Source: Octopus sinensis
Lineage: Eukaryota
Direction: 5' to 3'
DNA length: 45,221 bases
Assembly (NCBI RefSeq): GCF_006345805.1
Contig: NW_021834809.1
Span: 1 to 45,221 of the forward strand
Part shown: positions 37,565 through 45,221 of the stretch, in pieces
How the letters are laid out: the number at the start of each line of letters is the position of its first letter
Position numbering within the stretch: position 1 is the first letter of the stretch
Translations under genes and position numbers: made by a program
Notes under the pieces: generated by a model
Told to the model about the DNA's origin: nothing
The model's database searches: none
Seen by the model: only the letters and a program-made list of their open reading frames with translations

Positions 37565-37830
37565 GTGCAAGAATTTTTATGTGAAGTCGTGTGTTGAAAC
37601 AGATATTGTTATATTTCGGAATGGTCATATTGCCAGTTTAGCCAATAAAAACCCACGCACTATATATTTGGTGTTATTTTGCTTCAGTGTAATTTATTTT
37701 TTACATTAATCTTAATCTTATTTCTGCCAGAGTTCTTTCGTCACACTCCTGTGACCGCATCAGTGGTCCTTTGTTTTCTTCATTCTTATTCGTGTCTCTC
37801 CTAACTAACCGTCAGCCATTTTGTATTTCT
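37565..37830 (-). mobile_element. Penelope-like pLTR-type short element of a second family, carrying a hammerhead-like motif
   Basis: Homologous to 23793-23997 and 24386-24460; its minus-strand 3' end runs into the TA tract at ~37523-37560. Confidence 0.65.
37727..37766 (-). ncRNA. minimal type-I hammerhead-like motif (C at position 9)
   Basis: Minus strand CCA CUGAUGC G GUCAC aggagu GUGAC GAAA G aa CUC/UGG. Stem I 3 bp, perfect 5-bp stem II, CUC cleavage triplet. Confidence 0.55.
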
Positions 37831-38186
37831 ATGTATGTTTTCATTTGCGCATGTTTTATCTCTATGCGTCTGTTTATGTTTATTTAGTGTGTGTTGTGGG
37901 GGGATGCCTGTAATTTTGTATCTTCTGTTTATATACGTTCATGTAATTTGTATTTTGTTTTGTTGTTGTTGTTTTTGTTTATTCTTATTTTGTTCATGTG
38001 TTTTTACATCCACCCATTATTATCATTACATATGCTTGTATTTATGTATAACAACAATACTAGTAATAATAATAATAAATCGAATCGAAAAAAAAATATA
38101 TATACATAGATATATACATACACAAACACACACACACACATACACACACACACACACACACACCACACAACACACCCACACACATA

Positions 38187-38227
<41 letters not shown>

Positions 38228-38247
38228 TATATATACATGTATATGTA

Positions 38248-38811
38248 GATGATGACTTCTCAATTTTTCTCGATAGTAGTTCTTTTCCAGAAAGTTCCTA
38301 TTCGCACACCACAAATGTGGATCAAAATGTTTGTCACAGCATCGTTTTCAGCAGCAAGTTCAACACATTCCTGGTTTAGTTTACGATGCAATACCACGCT
38401 GCTTCATCGCCTGATGGGATATCGATTGAGATTCCGAGAAGGTAGACATCGGTACTTAAAGCAACCAATGATTGCCTTAAAATATTTCATGTTCGAGCAC
38501 TTCACGAAGGATCTTTTGAATGATAGCCCAGTAAACTGAACCAGGAATGTGTTGAACTTTCTGAGAACTATGCTGTGACAAACATTTTGATCCATATTTT
38601 TGGTGTGCGAATAGGAAATTTCTGGAAAAGAACTAATCGAGAAAAATTGACAAGTGATCATTTGCATATATATGGCATTCAAAATATTGTTTGTGAAGTA
38701 CTCGAACATGAAATTTTTTAGGCAATCATTTGTTGCTTTAGGTACAGATGTCTACCGTCTCGGAGAGCAACAATCGATATCCCATCAGGCGATGAAGCAG
38801 CGTGGTATTGC
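38248..38811. repeat. interleaved double inverted repeat A-B-A'-B'
   Basis: A (38248-38384) is complementary to A' (38531-38661); B (38388-38522) is complementary to B' (38676-38811); roughly 88-90% identity by eye. Confidence 0.92.
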
Positions 38812-39354
38812 TTAGGCCCCTTTCATCGCAACACCAGAGCTTCCTGTGGCCAACCACTAATGTAGGCGACAAAACTCTGACTCAAACGTTGAACTCTGTC
38901 GACAGACATTTTCCTACCAAATTTGCTGCCAAATTTGTCCTTTCTCTTTCTAGCTCAGAGAGTACCTAGAATTTTCTAGCAAAATATGTCAAGAACACAG
39001 TGAGACTAGGATTTAAAGTATAAAATTATGAAACTAAATAATGAATGACATTTAATGAGTTACTCTTCACTTTTTAGCAATAGGTCTATTATCAAACGAT
39101 AATAATATTGATTTCTTGCCATTACAAAATGCCATGAATATGTAATGAAGGGATATAATATTTTGCATAATTTGCTGCTAATTATTTCCTTCACCCTAGA
39201 GCAATGAAACAAAAGGTCAATACACATTGTATACAAATGTAGAATCATGAGAAACGGATTAAAATATCTTAATGTTATAGAATTTATATCAATTTGCCTT
39301 TCTTTGTGGCCAGAATAGAATTAAAATATTGTTAACGAAATACAGATGATATTG

Positions 39355-39900
39355 TTGTTGATGGTGATGATGATGATGATGGTCGCGGTGACAATGGGGA
39401 TGAAAGGCCAGTGCGCAATAATGATGACGGTGGTGCTGTATGTGGTGAGGATGTTTATGATAATGATGATGACGACGACGACGGCGATGATGATGAAGAT
39501 GATGGTCGTTATGATGATAACTAGGATGTCTTTGACAAAGAGCAACATGATGACGATGATGACGACGACGATGCTGCTGCTGCTGATGATGATGATGACG
39601 ACGACGACGACGACGATGACGACGATGATGATGATGATGATGATGATTACGACGCTTGTGTCTGCGACGATTAACGCTAGCGACAATAACGATGATGATG
39701 GTGATATTAATGGTGGTGGTGGTGGTGGTGGTGGTGGTGCGGCAGCCTCGGTAATGGTAGCAATGCTGTTGGCGGCGAAGGTGGTGATTGTGGTGATGGT
39801 GGGATGATAATATTGGCGATGATGACGACAACGACGACGCTGATGATGATGATATGCCATGATGATGACGGTGGCGAATACAATGATAATGATAAAAATG
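39355..39900. repeat. cryptic trinucleotide mosaic (GAT/GAC/GGT/GCT)
   Basis: Direct reading. Confidence 0.9.
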
Positions 39901-40237
39901 CTGACTGCAGAACTAATTAAGAAGAACAGGATGTCAACTTTGATGACCCTAATTATAACGAGGTTCAAGGGAATACTGGTCAATGTGATTTACAACCAAG
40001 GGCATTCTAATCGTGACCATTACGCCCATCCTTTTTTTTTTTTGCAAAGATCTAAGAAATACATTAACCAATATTAACAACATTCCGTGAAAGAGCTCCC
40101 TGGGATTTGAATGAGGTTTTGATAGGATTTTTGGCAGAGCAAATCACTGCAAGGGATACACCAATTGTAGCAGAATTCACGGGTACGATGCATTAGAAAG
40201 GATGAGAGTTACGGTCTATGCGATGTTGTTAATGCTG

Positions 40238-40356
40238 CTTATGATGATGATGATGATGATGAGGAGGAGGAGGAGAAGGGGGTGAATTATGATGGTGATC
40301 AAGATGATGATGAGGACCGTGGTGGTGGTGATGACGACGATGATGATGATGATGAT

Positions 40357-40400
<44 letters not shown>

Positions 40401-40665
40401 CCTGATGATGATGGGGATGAGAGTGGTGGTGTTAGAACGTGTGGAGTGGTGGTGGGTGGTGGTGGTGGTGGTGGTGGTGGTACTTTAGAGGTGGTGCTTG
40501 TACTGTCGGTAGTATGGTAGTGGCGCTTGCGATGATGGTGGTATTGGTGATAGTTGCAGTGGTTTTTGGCGGCGGTAGGAGGGGTGGCGGCGGCGGCGGC
40601 GGCGGTGATGGTGATGGTGGTGGTGGTGGTGGTGGTGGTGTTTGTTTTGCTGATGGTGATTGCTA
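40238..40665. repeat. cryptic trinucleotide mosaic (GAT/GAG/GGT/GGC)
   Basis: Direct reading. Confidence 0.9.
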
Positions 40666-41349
40666 GTAATTGCGTATATTTCGGTTGTGTAAGCACAGCC
40701 GACGCTAGAACACGGAACTGCTAAAGATTTTTCAACCTCATTTGTTTGTAGAGTACGATTCGGAACGCCTCTAGCAAGATTTTGAATTGAAAAAGAAAAA
40801 ACAAAGAAAAAAAGAAAATAAAAGAAAACAACAACAAAATGCAAAATGTGTTAACTAACGAATTATAGGCGATGCAGAGTTCAGCATTTTATCAATTAGC
40901 GTCGTGTATCGATAATTAGTCGAAATGTGTTGCCGCTAATGAAAAGAAGGATATAAAGAAAGAAAAGTATGATGCAGAATGTAAACTGGGATATACACAA
41001 TTCGTCACTTAATTAACATAAGACCTGGAGGCAAATCACAGTGGACCATTGCTCCTCCTATATTCAAGAATGCTGAGTGAGTTTGCTGATGCTGCTGTTG
41101 CTGCTGTCACTACTACTACAACTACTACTACTACTACTACAACTACTACTACTACTACTGCTGCTGCTGCTGTTGCTGTTGAGCGAACGGTCTTCGTCTC
41201 AGAGCTGCAAGATGGGAGAAGTCCGAAACGTGGTCCTTTGCTACTCGTAAGACCCGCAGAAGAGAAAGCAGGTCAACCTCCGACACCGAGAGCATCGACG
41301 GATGGATGAATGCGCATCCAGGCTCAGCGGTTGCGTAGGAAGTCGGAGA

Positions 41350-41523
41350 CAAGAATCAGGAAGAAAGAGTGAGAGAAAGTTGGGGTCGCCACTACCCCCT
41401 GCCGGAGCCTCGTGGAGATTTAGGTGTTTTCGCTCAATAAACACACACAACGCCCGGGAATCGAAACCGCGATCCTCCGACCAGAAGTCAACTGCCCTAA
41501 CCACTGGGCCATTGTGCCTCCAC
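41350..41523 (-). mobile_element. SINE head 1, 3'-truncated
   Basis: Reverse complement of the 5980/15527 head through GAGTGAGAGAAAGTTG. Confidence 0.85.
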
Positions 41524-41837
41524 TTGCTGCTGCTGCTGCTGCTGCTGTTGCTATTGTTCCTGCTGCCCTTGATTTGAGCAACCGATGTTAGAGAATCGTT
41601 AAAACGTCGGGCAAAATGCTTAGCACGAATTGGTTGAACTTACGTCTTGACAAACATTTTGATCTATGCTTCTGTTGTCTGTATATGTACCCATACATAC
41701 ATACATCCATGGTGGTGGCTGCCCTCTCTTTATCGAGTATGGCCATTGCACGAAGTTTAATCAATGTTGTTATCGTGCAATGCCTGTGCCAAAATATTTT
41801 TTTTTAAGTGAGGAAGGGCTGTGCACTGAGTCAATCC

Positions 41838-41968
41838 CATACATACATACATACATACATACATACATACATACATACATACACTCATACATACATACAT
41901 ACATACATACATACATACATACATACATACTCATACATACATACATACATACATACACCATACAAACA

Positions 41969-42002
<34 letters not shown>

Positions 42003-42025
42003 CATATATAAATACATACATGCAC
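41838..42025. repeat. (ATAC)n microsatellite
   Basis: Direct reading. Confidence 0.95.
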
Positions 42026-42049
42026 ACATACCCACACCTTATATGTATA

Positions 42050-42685
42050 TGAGGCGAAGTCAAAAATTATCCATACTTTCGCCATAACATATCTTTATGT
42101 TCACAATGCCTTCTACGCATGTGTGTTTATAGCTAGTAATATTGCAGTCACGTGATCGGAATTTTAAAATGATGGTACCATTTTTCTTTCTAACGTTACA
42201 ATGTAAGCATGACCGCTCAACAAGCAACGTACACCACAAAAGAACGAAGAGTAAGTAATCTGATTTCTCTAGTCGGAAGGTGTGTCAGGTGCTGAAGTTC
42301 ATCGGAGGCTTTTAGCACAATGCGGGGACAGTGCAGTACCGCGTAAATGTGTACATCAGTGGATCGAGAAGTTTAAAATGGCCAGTCAAGCATGACGCAG
42401 AAAGAGGTTGCAGGACGCGCGTCAACCTCCACCGATAAGAAGATTCATCCAGATCCAGAAATGGTAATAGTGAACCGGTTCACCGTTACATCACTCGGAT
42501 CATTGCTCTTTGTTTTTTTTTTTTGGGGGGGGGGGTTGTGCACATTGCTATTGGTGCCATCAGGCCCAAACATCGACCACTTCACCACAATAGTACCAAC
42601 GATACGCATGCATGCGCAGATGGCTGTGTGACAATAATACAGATATATTATTGGGAAAGTGCAGTTAATTTTTGACTTTCCCTCG
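42050..42685 (+). mobile_element. internally deleted non-autonomous mariner with both TIRs and TA TSDs (636 bp)
   Basis: Left end TA|TGAGGCGAAGTCAAAAATTATCCATACTTTC; right end, reverse-complemented, TA|CGAGGGAAAGTCAAAAATTAACTGCACTTTC. Internal remnant SEGVSGAEVHRRLLAQCGDSAVPRKCVHQWIEKFK is a mariner HTH; the DD34D catalytic region is absent. Confidence 0.9.
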
Positions 42686-42966
42686 TATATGTATATATAC
42701 CTATGTATTACCTCATATGAAGACAAACAAGTTTGTTTATGAAGTGTTGAAATCTATTGTAGAACAAGTAAAAAGGTAATTTTTTTCAACACGTAAATAC
42801 TGAGCAATATATATAAAGAATAAAATCATTTTAAGAGCAGAAACGTTTGCTGGCAACCGGCAAATTTTTTCTGCTTTTAAAAGGATTTTATCCTTTATAT
42901 ATACTGTTTCAGTATTTACGTATTGAAGAACATTCTATATTTGTTTTAATACACACACACACGATA

Positions 42967-43014
<48 letters not shown>

Positions 43015-43024
43015 TATATACGTA

Positions 43025-43101
43025 TGGTTTGTGTCTCTGTGTTTGTCCCCCCCCAACATCGCTTGTAAACCGATGCTAGCGTGCTTACGTCCCTGTAACC
43101 T
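43025..43101 (+). mobile_element. SINE family B internal fragment
   Basis: TGTGTTTGTCCCCCCCAACATCGCTTG...CGATGCT...TACGTCCCTGTAAC. Confidence 0.75.
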
Positions 43102-43590
43102 CATTCCTTTTCCCTCTCTTCGTCACTCTCTTCCTTTCCTCTCTAATTTTCATCTAAATCTATATACACACCTCTGCAAATGCACGCGTACAGGGAACGC
43201 ACGCACATATACACTTACACAAACACACACACACACACACGATATTATATATTATATATTATTTTTATTTTTATGTATGTATTTAATATACATATATATG
43301 TATGTGTAGGTATATATATATATATATATATATATACGCTTTTAAATAAAGTATATATATGTATATATATATACATGTATGTATGTAGTTAGGTACGTGT
43401 GTCTGTATGCATATTAAATATCTTTTCTACAATAGACACAAGGCCGGTAATTTAGGGGAGGCAACAAATCGATTATATCGATCTCAGTGCCCAACTATTA
43501 CTTATATCATCGGCCCTGAAAGAATGCAAGCCAAAGTCGAACTTAGATTGTAAAATTGCTAGGTATTTTGTTCGGCGTCTTAACCTTTCA

Positions 43591-43999
43591 TATTTCTTTA
43601 TTGCCTACAAGGGGCTAAACATAGAGGGGACAAACAAGGACAGCCAAAGGGATGAATTCGATTACATCGACCCCAGTGCGTAGCTGGTACTTAATTTATC
43701 AACGCCAAAATGAAAAATGGCAAAGTCGACCTCGGTGGAATTTGAAATCAGAAAGTAACGGCAGACGAAATACCTATCTCTTTAATGCCCACAAGGGGCT
43801 ACACCCAGAGGGGACAAACAAGGACAGACAAACGGATTAAGTCGATTAAATCAATCCCAGGTCGTAACTGGTACTTATTTAATCGACTCCGAAGGGATGA
43901 AAGGCAAAGTTGACCTCGGCGGAATTTGAACGTACCGGCAGACGAAATAGCGCTAAGCATTTCGCCCGGCGTGCTAACGATTCTGCCAGCTGGTCGCCT
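43591..43999 (-). mobile_element. SINE family C tandem dimer (one head, two bodies)
   Basis: A full copy at 43999-43775 is followed directly by a headless copy at 43774-43591; the junction reads AAAGAGATA|GGTATTTCGTCTGCC on the minus strand. Confidence 0.88.
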
Positions 44000-44421
44000 T
44001 TATCTTCACGTTCATTATAACTACAGAAATGGCTGCTTTGTCACAGGAAATAGAATAAGGATGAGAAAATTATGGACGCGGGGAAGCAGTGTGATTAGTA
44101 GTAGTTCCCGAAAGACGAACCGAAACATTAGAAAGTGAGAAAAGTTGAGGTAAGATAAGGAATATGTTTCAATGAACGAAAATGTGAAGAAGTGCGAAAA
44201 AGTAAGACATCCTTCTTTCCTTTCTCGCCACAGTAATGTAATTTCTATAAATATTGTGGTAATTTCTGCTACGTTAGATACACAGATGATATAAAGGTTG
44301 CAAACTAAAATATAATCAATAAGATTTTCTCCTCAAGGGCTTTCATGACCATCTATCATCGATTATATTTTAGCATACTCCTTTCCAATGCAACGATTTT
44401 TATTAAATTAACACTGCGTAT

Positions 44422-44504
44422 AGGTATGTATGTATGTATGTATGTATGTATGTATGTATGTATGTATGTATGTATGTATGTACGTATGTATGTATGAATG
44501 TACG

Positions 44505-44563
<59 letters not shown>
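44422..44563. repeat. (TATG)n/(TA)n compound microsatellite
   Basis: Direct reading. Confidence 0.95.
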
Positions 44564-44564
<1 letters not shown>

Positions 44565-45221
44565 AATGTATTTTTATGTATAATTATGTAAGTGAGGAAT
44601 ACAACTCATAATTACAGTGGTTTAGAAATACCTACATATGAAATATGCCCTTATTTCTATACGACATACACACCTATATACATATACACACACACACACA
44701 TATCTATATATATATATTATATATATATATATATCTATATATATATATATATATATATAATATGTTGGTATGGTGATTAGGTTGGAAAATGAAAGTGGGT
44801 CTTGCTACAAAGCTTAAAATGACAAAGAAATGTTTTTGAACGCCTTGGAATTATCTCTGTCAAAAGTGCTTCCATTTCTGAAAATTTTATTCCCATAAAA
44901 CACTTCTACAGTGCTTGTGTTAATTCTAAATTTGGGACAATTCACAATTTGGAGAAATTCCATTCTCGGGAAACAAAACTAGGAGTATATCATAAACAAT
45001 TGTATATTTTCACATATTATTTATGCTAGATGAAAGACCTAAAAGCAAGTCCTAAAAAGTTTTCAAATCCGCGGGAATGACTGCAACACAAGTGCACTTA
45101 ACAAATTACTCAATCACGTACAAAACATTGAAAACAAATAGATCTTCAGTATAAGGATTGGAGAAGAATTTGTTGCTATAAGTACACGAATATACAAATA
45201 CACACATACAGATATTTATAT

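Noticed and set aside
41200-41236. CTGCAAGATGGGAGAAGTCCGAAACGTG resembling a hammerhead
   Set aside because: Only a 2-bp stem II, a non-cleavable GUG triplet and no stem I; likely chance.

Overview
AT-rich, microsatellite-dense eukaryotic non-coding DNA. The SINE, Penelope-like, Dong/R4, mariner and Helitron repertoire and the compound (TA)n/(CA)n/(TATC)n/(CAT)n tracts point to a cephalopod, probably Octopus (inference). I can support no intact host gene, and most ORFs in the supplied track are translated microsatellites. Content: (i) many tRNA-headed SINEs built from interchangeable head and tail modules; (ii) Helitrons: a ~3.3 kb decayed Rep-helicase, a helicase C-terminal fragment fused to an upstream Rep-region segment, a complete 379-bp non-autonomous copy and a second candidate; (iii) two mariner relics, one with both TIRs and TA TSDs; (iv) Dong/R4 LINE fragments; (v) Penelope-like remnants. 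Two signals stand out. First, at least four different minimal type-I hammerhead-ribozyme-like motifs with unusual core variants, one apparently intact and one carried downstream of a tRNA/Pol III head in a head-to-head palindrome. Second, a ~560-bp interleaved inverted repeat with A-B-A'-B' topology. All alignments were made by eye, so coordinates of decayed elements are approximate.
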